A DNA stretch of 33,549 bases, from NCBI GenBank assembly GCA_010093995.1, contig ML992549.1, forward strand, positions 1 to 33,549. Reading direction: 5' to 3'. The notes beneath the pieces were generated by a model that saw only the letters and a program-made list of their open reading frames with translations, was not told the origin of the DNA and ran no database searches. This DNA comes from Elsinoe ampelina (Eukaryota). Below, piece by piece: positions 10,552 to 21,167 of this stretch. Both the position numbers and the translations under genes were made by a program. Each line of letters starts with the position of its first letter. Within the stretch, counting starts at the first letter, position 1.

Positions 10552-11679
10552 ATGACACCGTCGCAACGGAACAGTCATCAGACGAGAGAAACAGCGACTC
10601 GAGCCACGGAGACCAGGAACAGGATACCCCGAAGCACCGTGAATGGCGGAGCACCATCGCAAAGGGCTCAGAACCAGGCTCACCACAACCGCCGGACGAA
10701 TTTGACGGACCTGGAGAGCCAGATGTTCCGGCCGGTGAGCGGGCTTGAAAACATCTGGCAGTACACAACATGGGAGACTGCAGGGTACGATACGACGAGC
10801 CAGCCTGTACATAAGAACGACAATGGATGGGACCAGCATCACGACCAACAATTGCACAATCACGACGCTGAGCCTGTGTGGCAGCATATTGCTAGCGAAC
10901 AACGTGGAAAGGCATCGGTCCTTCCAAACAGCACTCAAAGCTCAGAGGCTATTCTTGGAGATATTGCCGCTAGTAATACGCGGACGTCGTCGCCTGATCG
11001 TCCAGGAAACTCACAGACACCTCCCGAGATACCACCAGAAACGAGTCAGATGGTAGGTGCAGAATGCTGCAGGTATTGCTCCGCTGTCGAAGAAGCCAAG
11101 CGAGCGATAGACACTGGAGGCATTTGCCAGCCAAAGCTAGAGAATCTGACGGCGTGGACAAAGTTCATCGGGTACCACCGCAATTTGCAGCGAAATACTG
11201 ATCCGCATGGTCGAGATCCTCCTCCACTCCGAGAGCCGTCAGAGTTCGGCCCAGCATGCTCACATGGGGATTACCTGAATGAACACAATCTCCCGGACGG
11301 CTTTTCAGTATCAGATGCCAACTCTACGAACACAAGAGACCGACCTCCTTCGGTGCATACGCCACCTATAATTTGCACGCCTGTGGTGCCTCCACAAGCA
11401 GATTCCGAAGCCTCACCGACTGGATTTCACCGTTTGCCTACGTTTGATGACACCGGTGGCGTTTCAGCAAGCACAGATGACCTGATGGTCGATGCTGACA
11501 ACATTGACACATCGACTGGACGAGTTCCGGGATCTGATCTAGTCAAGCAGGTCTGCAAACTTGTACGCCTGCAGGTCCGGGACATTTTGAGCGAGATGGG
11601 ATTGCCATGCAATGGTCACCATGGACACGGTTGTGGTCAAGGGGATGTTAGGGTGTTGAGGCGGACCAAAAGCGAGTAG
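10552..11679 (+). CDS. Hypothetical protein, 375 aa from ATG 10552 (frame is open from ATG 10234, 481 aa)
   Basis: Long stop-free ORF filling the DYS1-TRM6 gap. No family recognised; start codon uncertain. Confidence 0.55.
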   Translation: MTPSQRNSHQTRETATRATETRNRIPRSTVNGGAPSQRAQNQAHHNRRTNLTDLESQMFRPVSGLENIWQYTTWETAGYDTTSQPVHKNDNGWDQHHDQQLHNHDAEPVWQHIASEQRGKASVLPNSTQSSEAILGDIAASNTRTSSPDRPGNSQTPPEIPPETSQMVGAECCRYCSAVEEAKRAIDTGGICQPKLENLTAWTKFIGYHRNLQRNTDPHGRDPPPLREPSEFGPACSHGDYLNEHNLPDGFSVSDANSTNTRDRPPSVHTPPIICTPVVPPQADSEASPTGFHRLPTFDDTGGVSASTDDLMVDADNIDTSTGRVPGSDLVKQVCKLVRLQVRDILSEMGLPCNGHHGHGCGQGDVRVLRRTKSE

Positions 11680-11930
11680 ACGGCGTATGCAGGTTGCCAT
11701 TGAACCATTTCATCACTGTCTACACACCATGATAGCTCCAATATGCCATGACGTCCTTGCTCCATTCTACCTATCCTCCCTCGTCCTCACTTTCTGCCCA
11801 TATCCGACCACCACAATGTTTACTCCACGCCCCTGCCATTTGTCCCCCATCTCCCCTTCTCCCCTTACTCCCCCACCCCCCACCTTCCCCCTGTCTCGCC
11901 CATCTCCCATCCTTTGTTGAAAAAGAAACC

Positions 11931-13795
11931 CTAACCAGTCCTCCTCTTCTTCGCGAAATTCCCCCTCGCCTCGACCCGTCCCTCAAAAGGCAACACCCTC
12001 CTCGCGGTGAACACATACCCCTCCCCGCCTCCTCTAGCCGTCATGACAGGATGCGTCCTCCCTGGTAAAACCTGCCACTCGCGCGCGCGGGAGGTCTGGA
12101 CGCCGCAGCCGAGGAGGAGGCGGGGGTCCACGGGGAAGTCGTCTTGGGGGGGGTTGAAGCCGGGGTTGGTGGTTGTCCAGGGGAGGGAGTCGGGGTCGGA
12201 GTCGCCATTGGGGGATGGGGTGGGTGATGCGTTGGCGGGAGGGGGTGGGGGGACGGAAGGGGCGTGGGAGGGGGAGGTGGCGTCGGGTGTGGCTTCGTCT
12301 TTGTCGGCTTGTTTTGGACGCGCAGATTGGTTGTGTTGCGCAGAGGAGGAAGATTGGCTCTCCCGCCATGCTTCGAGTTGTTCGAGGTATGCGCCGCGCC
12401 TGTCACGCGCGTAGAGGTCGACCATGCGCACGAGAGGCTCTGCGGTGGGGGCGTAGGCTACGACTGTCCCGCCGCCTTTGACTAGTGGGATAAGGTAGCG
12501 GAATATGGACGCCAGGTCCATTCTTGTCGCCACGATGAGGCCGTCGAATTCTCCTGCTCGGGCCGAGTCGACGATGGTCTTTGTGCGGAGCCAGCGGCGG
12601 CGTTTGCGGTGGTAGGCGGAGCGGCGGGCTGGTCTGGCTGCTTCGAGATCGGATTGAGGCATGACAGGTGGCTCGGTGTAGGCTGTGTCTTGTGAGGGGG
12701 AGATGAGTTGGAGCCATGAGAGGGTGAGGAGGGAGGGGGTCAGGGGGTGGGTTGGGGAGGGATGGGTGGCGGTGTAAGAGAAGTATTTGAGGAGGGAGAG
12801 GTTGGGCTGACTGGCTGGGTGGAGGACGTGAATGGTGTTGGTAGGCGAGATGGAGGGGTGATAATGATGCGGGCGCTTGGTCGCGGTCGGAGATATGGGG
12901 GCCTCGGCCTCGGAGTCGTGGTCAGAGGTATTGCCATTGGGAGTTGGAGTGGGGGTTTGTGGATGTAGTATGCCGAGTTTCTCAGCCACAGCAGCTACGA
13001 CCAGACCGCCTGTGTCGTCTATGACAAGCCACTTGCCACCAGATGATCCGTCGGGCAGCGAAGGTGTCACGTGTATGTTTGACCACGCAGTCATGAGACC
13101 GAGCGACTCCTCTCGAAGCTCCAGTATTCGCGGAGCATTTTGGTCTGTCGACAGCCATTGGGTCAAGGTGCCAACAGCCATCGGTAGGACAGTGAAGCGG
13201 CGCAGGTACTTCTTGGTCTTTCGTAAGGTGTACTTGGCCAGAGAGAAGACTGTTTTTTCATCGAGGTTCTTATGCGATGACATGATCCGCTCGATGATCT
13301 CTTTCCCAGATCCAGTGACGGCAGCTTTCAGCTCCTCAATCTCCTTCATAGAAAGAGATTGTCTGGCGGCATCATCGATAGTGTTCCGATTGTTTTTGAC
13401 CGGAAAAGCTTCCTCGTCTGGAGTGGCAACATCGGGTGTTGATGCCGTATTACTCTCATCGTTGTTATCTGACGAAGACACGGTATCGAACACGGCCTCT
13501 CGATTTAGCTCTGATGCAGGAACAATTCGTAATCGAGTGCGAGGCTTGCCATTGGAGGGGTCGACTTGTTCGTGGATCTCATATGTGGTGTATAAAGGTC
13601 GTCCGAGGAGTAGGTTGGCGGGGAATGTGCCAAACTTTCCTATCGATATAGCACTTGTCAGATCAGCGTATGTCCCTGATATGCTCGGCGATGTTACGCT
13701 ATTACTCACGTCTTTGGTGTGACTTCGACAATTTTTAGCAGATCTGATGGCAACCTGAGGACCACATGCTGGCCTGGTTGAATGTGGGACTGCAT
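11931..13795 (-). CDS. TRM6: tRNA m1A58 methyltransferase non-catalytic subunit Trm6/Gcd10; exons 13795-13710, 13653-11931; 602 aa
   Basis: Exon 1 reads MQSHIQPGQHVVLRLPSDLLKIVEV. A 56-nt intron (GTGAGT..GCTGAT..AAG) joins it to ISIGKFGTF. Gcd10 motifs KTVFSLAKY..RK.KKY, DDTGGLVVAAVAE, REWQVLPGRTHPVMT. Confidence 0.95.
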
Positions 13796-13929
13796 GTCAT
13801 AAACTGTTAAGAAACATTGAGAGGACGACTATTGTAATTTGAAGTCACGATTGAAGTTGCAGAGACGCTCTAGCTACCCTCTGATGATATGGTCGGTCAA
13901 GCACTTTTTGTGCGCTTGACCCGAAAAGG

Positions 13930-13938
13930 AAATTTTCA
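13930..13938 (-). promoter_or_regulatory. RRPE-like motif (TGAAAATTT) upstream of TRM6
   Basis: Matches the ribosome-biogenesis RRPE consensus about 135 nt upstream of a tRNA-modification gene. Short motif. Confidence 0.4.
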
Positions 13939-14166
13939 ACCATTCTTCTGGGGCGAGCGGCGATTTTGAGATGTTTTGGTGAAAGGACGGTCGGTGATAC
14001 GAGCTATCATGGACTCCTTACATACATGAGCGAATACATGGTCCAGCACAGTATGAGATTAGATCGAATAGATTTTCTTGACTTCTATGCTGTTCAAAAC
14101 TTGCATTGCTACGTGATAAGGTGAGGTCTCCGCCAAGACCACTTTACGCGACTCCTGTCGCATTCC

Positions 14167-14172
14167 ACGCGT
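14167..14172. promoter_or_regulatory. MCB box (ACGCGT) upstream of RFC3
   Basis: Perfect MluI cell-cycle box about 70 nt before the ATG of a replication gene, with a second ACGCG core near 14146. Confidence 0.45.
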
Positions 14173-14242
14173 CAAGCTCCATTTTCTGAGCTCTCCGCTA
14201 TTCGACATCTGAGCAAGCACAATCCACCACACACGATACATC

Positions 14243-15494
14243 ATGTCGGACTACGAAGATGACGAGATGGATATCGATCGTCCAGTGGACACGTCAATCG
14301 AATTCTCATCTGGCAACGCAGCAAAGGGGAAGAGAAGTGCAGCCAATCTACCAGTAGAGGCCGAGGACTCATTACCATGGTAAGACACTCGAGATCGAAG
14401 CTTCCATATATGCTGACAGTATCAGGGTTGAGAAGTATCGTCCGAACAGCATGGAGGATGTGTCGGGTCACCAGGACATCATTGCGACAATCAACAAGTT
14501 TGTCGAAGCGAATCGGCTACCTCATTTACTGCTTTACGGACCACCAGGAACAGGCAAGACATCCACAGTGCTGGCATTAGCGAGGAGGATATACGGAAGC
14601 AGTAATATGAGGCAGATGGTATTGGAGCTCAATGCATCAGACGACAGAGGTATCGACGTGGTGCGCGAACAGATCAAGACCTTTTCCAGCACGAAACAGA
14701 TCTTCTCGGCCTTCCCCTCAGTATCAAAAGATGGAGCAAATGGCAAGGCGAATGGGACATCGAGTAGTCTGGCAACGTTCAAGCTCATCATCCTGGACGA
14801 GGCGGATGCGATGACTTCGACCGCACAGATGGCTTTACGACGAATCATGGAGAAGTACACTGCTAACACACGGTTCGCCATTATTGCCAATTACACGCAC
14901 AAGCTGTCGCCAGCGCTCTTGTCGAGATGCACCCGCTTTCGGTTCTCGCCGTTGAAAGAAGCAGATATTCGCCGACTCGTCGATCTTGTGATTGAAAAGG
15001 AGGAGGTAAACATTGCTCCAGATGCGGTGGAGAGCCTGGTCACACTATCGAAGGGAGATATGCGTCGGGCATTGAATGTCATGCAGGCCTGCCACGCGTC
15101 AAGCACACCCTTGCGAGCTGCAGGAGAGAAAGCGAACGGCAACATCCAACGCGAGCTCATAACGAAGGAGACGATATACGACTGCATCGCGGCACCGCAC
15201 CCTGCAGACATTCAAGCCATTCGAGACACCCTTCTATCAACATCCGACGTGACGAGCTGTTTGACCACCATCAACAGCCTCAAGATCAACAAGGGTCTAG
15301 CACTTGCAGACATCCTTACCGCATTAGCCGAAGAGCTGAGCGAGATCGAAGCGCCCCCACAGACACGCGTCGCCTGGCTGTCCGGACTCGCAGAGATAGA
15401 ATACAGACTAAGTGGTGGAGGCAGCGAGAATGTACAGACGGGAGGATTAGTCGGGGTGATGCGCAATGGATGCGACTTGATGGAGGGAAAGTAA
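14243..15494 (+). CDS. RFC3: Replication factor C small subunit (yeast Rfc3 / human RFC5 type); exons 14243-14379, 14426-15494; 401 aa
   Basis: LPW|VEKYRP spans the 46-nt intron. Walker A GPPGTGKT, LELNASDDRGIDVVR, Walker B ILDEADAMT, SRC motif, GDMRRALN. Confidence 0.95.
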
Positions 15495-16656
15495 ACAAGA
15501 GGTCGGGAACACGCGGATGTGATTGGCTGGGTCGGAAGACGGAACACAGGGATGCAAAAAGTTAGAGCCTCAGCTCAATTTGCGGGTTTCTTGCTGGGAT
15601 TTGGCGGGAGCGCGGAGTTGTCAGGTCTGGTCATTTCCGAGCACCCAACAAAAAGTTGCGAGGCTGAAGAAGATGACCTAAGCATGGTGGTATACCAAGA
15701 TATGCATAAGAACTGTAGATGCGCAATATGACGTTCAATGACAGACGAGGCTTTTCGAACAAGCGGTGACAAACATGTTCGCTGCACGATGATGTCTTGC
15801 GTCAGAACGAGACATCGGGCTGCACCTGGATTGGAGGTCGGAGACGGTCGATGACTGAGCCAAGGTTTTTGCGATTGTGGCTGGGCGGTGATGCACTTTG
15901 ACCGCCCTCGTTCCTTCTTGCCCAAACCTTGGGATCAGTAGTGGATACGCGGGGACTGTCAGATTGACATGTGCAAACACTACTCCGTAAAGACGTGAGC
16001 AATGCTTGACGACGCCGACTGCAGTGAAAAATGTACGCGTACAAGCTGACCGCTGCAGCTCAGCGCAAAAGCATGTGATGCGAGCAAATGCCAAAAGTCT
16101 TGTCAGTGGCTTATTTTTACCTTTCCAACAAGAGCGTGGCTTGTCCGACATTGCGGTAAAGACAGAGATCGGTGTCAAGTTCGCGCCGGCGGCCGATTCT
16201 TGGCCATCAAATCTCCCTGCGCATCCAACGATCCACACCTCAAGATCCTAAACCTTCCCAAGACGTCCTCCTACCAAATCCCTGCCCGGCAGTCCTGCAC
16301 TCGATCCCCGTCGCGAGATAATATCACTGCCTCTATCCTCCTCCTCTTGGTCTTTGCTTCACCACGCTCCCTTCTCTGGAATCATCCCTGTACGCCTGTT
16401 TTAATTGCTCGACCGTTTGTTTGGCTGCCCCCTGCTTGGTCTGACGACATTGGTCCGCCTTGATCTATCACAAGTCAGCTTCGACTATCAGCCTCGATCC
16501 GTCTGACTCTTGGGAGAACGCCTCACTATATTCTAATACTCGGTGTCCGACCTGCCACGCTTTAGTATCCTCTACGACTTTGCGCGCAACCCGTCGAGAT
16601 TATAGATTACAGCCCGGCGCATTCAACGTCTTTGGGCGCACGCGCCGTACACAACC

Positions 16657-17724
16657 ATGCGGCGCGCTGTAGTGATATTCTTGATCCTCAATGTTGGAAT
16701 CATCCTCTTCCTGCTACAGTCTGTCTGGACCCTGCTCACGTTGCTCGTCGTCGACGGTTCAGCAGATGCCATCTCTCGCGCCGAACTGCCCGCACCGGGG
16801 TCAGATGCAATCGACGGACGGGAACAAATGATACCCAAGATCATACACCAAACATACATCAACTCCAGCATACCACCAGTCTGGCAAGAGGCGCAGCAAT
16901 CATGTATCGATTTGCACACTGAGGAAGATGGCTGGAAATACAAACTCTGGACAGACGCGAAGAGCCGGGAATTTGTGGCTGCCGAGTACCCATGGTTCTT
17001 GGAGACGTTCGATAACTACGACTATCCCATCCAGCGGGCCGATGCGATTAGATACTTTGTGCTGGCATACTACGGAGGCATCTACATCGATTTGGACGAC
17101 GGTTGCAACCGCAGACTCGACCCATTGCTTAGCTACCCTGCGTGGGTCAGGAGGACCGCGCCAACAGGTATCTCCAACGACGCCATGGGTGCTGTACCAC
17201 GGCACCCTTTCTTCCTCCGCGTCATTGACTCGCTACCAAAGTACAACCGCAAGTGGGTACTGCCGTATATCAGCGTCATGGCTTCAACTGGTCCGCTTTT
17301 CCTCAGTATTATCTGGCGACATTGGAGCTCCGAAGGACTGAATGTGGGAGATGGATCGGACGGAGCAAGACTGCGCGTCCTCTTCCCCGACGAGTACAAC
17401 AATCACTCATGGAGCTTCTTCACGCATCATCTCGGCAACTCATGGCATGGCAAGGACGTGAAGCTAATCTTCTGGGTAAGCATTCCCAGTCAAACTTTAC
17501 CCATGTAGCTTACTAACCCCCTTCAGATGGGCCGTCACTGGTTCATGATCACCGTCGTAGGCTTCATCGTCGGCTTCACTGTCATCGGCGGCATCTGGTT
17601 CGTCTATCGCCGCTTCATCATATCCCACCAACACCTCCACCCAGGCTCAAAACGCCCTCTCTCCTTCTGGCGCCGCATGAGCGGCTCGAAAGAATACGAG
17701 CTCGTCGCTGTGCATCCGGCATAA
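16657..17724 (+). CDS. SUR1: Mannosyl-inositolphosphorylceramide synthase (GT32, Sur1/Csh1); exons 16657-17475, 17527-17724; 338 aa
   Basis: N-terminal TM segment, IPKIIHQT, YPIQRADAIRYFVL..YGGIYIDLD (DXD motif), STGPLFLS, GNSWH, C-terminal TM segment. 51-nt intron GTAAGC..CTAAC..CAG. Confidence 0.93.
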
Positions 17725-18270
17725 GCATCAGTAATCACGACCATACCCCGATCAGCATCATCTTCTTGTCCATATTAATCTCAAAGCGAAGGCGCGGGTG
17801 GTATCTTCTCCTTCTACTCCTGTCGTTTGATCCATGCATTGCGAGGAGGAAGGGAAGCAAGCATTGTTCTGACCTCTTTGTCAGACATGCCTCTGTTGTT
17901 TGTCTGAGCGCTATGACCCTCAGGAAGACATGAATATCTAATACATCTGGCCCATGATGCGGCCATTGACACAATTTTTTATTCTCTCTTTGTCTGTTTG
18001 ATGTGATTGTTTTACCCCTTAGTCATCTTATCGCCCCCTGCCATCGTAGTCGCACCGCGGACACGAACCGCATCGTCACGCTAAACAGACCGTTTAATTG
18101 CCAGCAGACTCTCGTCCGCGATTACTTCGCACAAATCGGTCATACTTGACAGCCTGAGGTCTCAGACGCCCCGTTAACCCGACCTCTATACAACGACACG
18201 CCACCGCTCAAAATCAGGACCTTCATCTCCTTCATGCACGTATCACTTGGTACCCAGATCGACTTGGTTT

Positions 18271-18368
18271 GTCTCAGAACGGCCTATATCAGCCAACGCC
18301 CATTTCAGCCAAAGCCCATCTCGGACTAGGTCCATCTCGGAAAGGCCCATCTCAGAACGTCCTCATCT
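18271..18368. repeat. Degenerate tandem array of six 15-16-bp units (about ATCTCRGAANGGCCC)
   Basis: gtctcagaacggcct/atatcagccaacgccc/atttcagccaaagccc/atctcggactaggtcc/atctcggaaaggccc/atctcagaacgtcctc. Confidence 0.7.
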
Positions 18369-18493
18369 GTCATCTAGCGACCTACACGTGAAAGTGTCTT
18401 TGGCTGCCACGTCACACAATAGCCAACATAGGAAATGTCTAGAATCTCTACATGTGACAGACGCTATCCCTTATCCGGCACTTACGTACTAGT

Positions 18494-18500
18494 TATAAAA
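18494..18500 (+). promoter_or_regulatory. TATA box (TATAAAA) of small gene A
   Basis: Canonical TATA about 100 nt before ATG 18601, followed by a CT-rich then CA-rich leader. Confidence 0.55.
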
Positions 18501-18600
18501 CCTGCTTTGCTGCCTCCTCGACGCTTTCTCTTTCACCTCACACACAAACATTCAGCCTGTCTAAGTTTAGACCACATCATCATCATCACTATCACACAAG

Positions 18601-19139
18601 ATGCCCACCATGGCGATAACACTCAAGAAGAACGACCCAGAGACATTCTTGTTCACGCTGGCTTCTACTTGTGGAATTGATCTTGATTCCGTGAGTTTCG
18701 TACCTCTCTAACCCTCCTTTCGCCTATCAGGCACTTCACCTACTTATGACTAGGTCTAACCATCAACAGATCGACCAATTCAAGCTCGCAGGCCTGGCTG
18801 GAGTCAAAAAGACCACTGTAGAGCCATGGGTCCGCGATGCAAAGCTCAAGGTCAAGAAGATCAACGAGGACGGAATCAAGAGGGGCATTCTCAAGCCCGA
18901 CGGGAGTGTAAACCGCGACATGGTCGACGAAGGGCGTGCTGCGGGGAAGAAGGGCAAGGCCAAGGTTGGTGCTGAAGACGAAGCCCTTCATGGTCAGCTT
19001 AGCCTCTCACAGCTCACTTGGAGATTACTAATGTACGACAGGCGTCAAGGCAGGGAAGGTGACGAAGGCGAAAGGGAACACCAAGAAAGATACACTTGTC
19101 AAGTTAGAGGAAGACGACGCTGAAGATAGTGACGACTAA
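18601..19139 (+). CDS. Small Lys-rich hypothetical protein A, putative helical/Myb-like nuclear protein; exons 18601-18690, 18770-18992, 19042-19139; 136 aa
   Basis: Two canonical introns (GTGAGT..CTAAC..CAG, 79 nt; GTCAGC..CTAAT..CAG, 49 nt) join one frame: MPTMAITLKKNDPETFLFTLASTCGIDLDS|IDQFKLAGLAGVKKTTVEPWVRDAKLKVKK...VKLEEDDAEDSDD*. The function is inference. Confidence 0.75.
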
Positions 19140-19637
19140 ATATTTTAGCTCGGCGAGACAGCAAGGATCTAACGTTGCTACACCCGCAATAGAATCACTC
19201 TGGTCTGGTAAAGTTCACTATGGCGGTGAAGAACATGGGCAGTGATGGCAGAGGATGTGAGACGGGTCTCCTTCCGGAAGATAGCACAATCGAGTTTCGC
19301 CAGCCTCTCGCGAGGCTGAATAAGATTCAGACGACTTCGCACAAGATCCTTGATATACTGTGCTCCACGTGAGCATGCTTCACCACGATTTACCCAACCA
19401 TGACCGCCATCCATGCGATCCTCATTGTCAATTCAGGACAGAAGGATATCATATATTATCTTGACCGCTTCCTTCGTGGATCATTGTTTTCTCTCGATGG
19501 ATGCACTCCTCCCTGTCCAGAATTTGCTCCATCAAATGTCCATCCCAGCAATCCACCTGAGCATCTTCACATGCTTGCTTCACCTGCAAACAAGGCACCT
19601 CTCGCCAGCCACATCCGCTTTCACCCTTCTGCCGGGG

Positions 19638-19644
19638 TATAAAT
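19638..19644 (+). promoter_or_regulatory. TATA box (TATAAAT) of small gene B
   Basis: Followed by a pyrimidine-rich leader and gccATG at 19804. Confidence 0.55.
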
Positions 19645-19803
19645 TCTCTCATCTTCTGCGACCCTCTTCCCCCCCTTCTTACCAATCTCTTCCAAGAACC
19701 TCTTCCAATTCAATTCAGTCCTGCATACCATTCGCGCTTCCCTTCACCGACAACCACAATCAACAATCACCAAGCGCGATTCCACCGTCTCTCACTCGAC
19801 GCC

Positions 19804-20581
19804 ATGCCAGTCAAGTGGGATTCGACCAAGGACCAGTTCCTGCTGGTCCAGCTCACCGAGGATATTGCCTTGGATCCCGCACAGACGAAGCGCATCAGAG
19901 ACAGGTGGCGTGAGTATTTCCCCTTCAACTTTCATTCATTTCACATACTATTCCGACATCGGCACCTCCCTTTCATGCCTCTTTCTCAGCTCACGGTATC
20001 TCAACCCTGATGCCGCCCTCACGCTTCACTGCTATCGACGCCCCAAGTCTCCACTTTCGCATGACTGACACATTCCAGCTTCCGCCTGGGGCGACAAGCC
20101 TACCGAACGTGCCATCAAGGAACACTTCGTCAGGCTGCGTTCCAACCTTGGCAAAGCCGGCGTGGACGGATTCGCCACGACCGGCGCCAAAGGAACAGGC
20201 AAAGGCGCCGGTGTCCCCAAGACTCCACTCAACCAGAAAGCTACCGCCGGTGGAGTGACCAAGCCCAAGCCAAAGGCCAAGCCTGCCGCGAAGAAACGCA
20301 AGCGCAACCAGTCCCCCGACAGCGAGGACGCCGATGCCGACATGACCATGTCCGACACTGATGGGGTCGAGCAGATGATCAAGCAGGAGGGCGAGGGCGA
20401 GAGTGAGATGGCCATCACTCCTCGCCATGTTTTGGCGAGGAAGACGAAGAGTCCTGAGGAGAAAGAGAAGAAGGCCAAGTACGTTCGGGAGATGCTGGGA
20501 GAGAGCAGTGCGAGTAGTGAGGATGAGGCCGGCCCGGGAGAGGAGGGAGAGTACAACCCTGTCAAGGATGAGATGGTTTGA
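19804..20581 (+). CDS. Small hypothetical protein B with helical N-domain and basic/acidic tail; exons 19804-19909, 20079-20581; 202 aa
   Basis: A 169-nt intron (GTGAGT..CTGAC..CAG) yields MPVKWDSTKDQFLLVQL...RIRDRW|PSAWGDKPTERAIKEHFVRLR, resembling a widespread uncharacterised Pezizomycotina N-terminal motif (MP..W...D..LL; PT.RAI.E). NLS-like KKRKR. Strong C/G-ending codon bias. Confidence 0.82.
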
Positions 20582-21167
20582 GATCCGAGGCAGAAGCATC
20601 AGAGGGTTAGTGGAGAGAGGAGACGAGAAGAGGACGGTGGTGAATGATGTTTTGGAGAGGACTTGACGGATCTGGCGAGCTTTCTTCTTGGACGTGCTGG
20701 CGTCCTCTTCTTCGATCGACCATTTGCGACCTAATGGCTTTTCTTCGACCGCTTCCCAATTCTAACCCCAACAAAGCCACGACGATCGAGACATTAACTC
20801 AAATCGACACCAGAGCTGTCCTGATGCAGCTGGATTCCCTGAAGCCTATCGTGGAAGTCGACTCGCTCAGAAGGTCGAGACATCTCCACGCAGAGCTTTC
20901 TGAAAGCAATATTGGTCGGAATCATTGAGCGCTTCCAAGTCGACAGCAGCGAAGACGATATGATGCAGCTGGAGAGATATCAGCACCTTGGTCTTGTTCT
21001 CAAGATCGATCGCTGTAATACCATACCTGCAACAGCGTCCTGCTTTCACACTTCCAATTTTCGGCACAGCAACAGACAACATCAACGACATTCCCGACAC
21101 CACTCCCGTAATATCATCAAATCAATTTTCATAGTCCATCTTCGTTCCACCATGTCCGTGCTACCCC

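Noticed and set aside
18469..18478. CCTTATCCGG identical to part of the MITE TIR
   Set aside because: A 10-mer match to any part of a 43-bp TIR is expected by chance in 33 kb, and there is no partner TIR.
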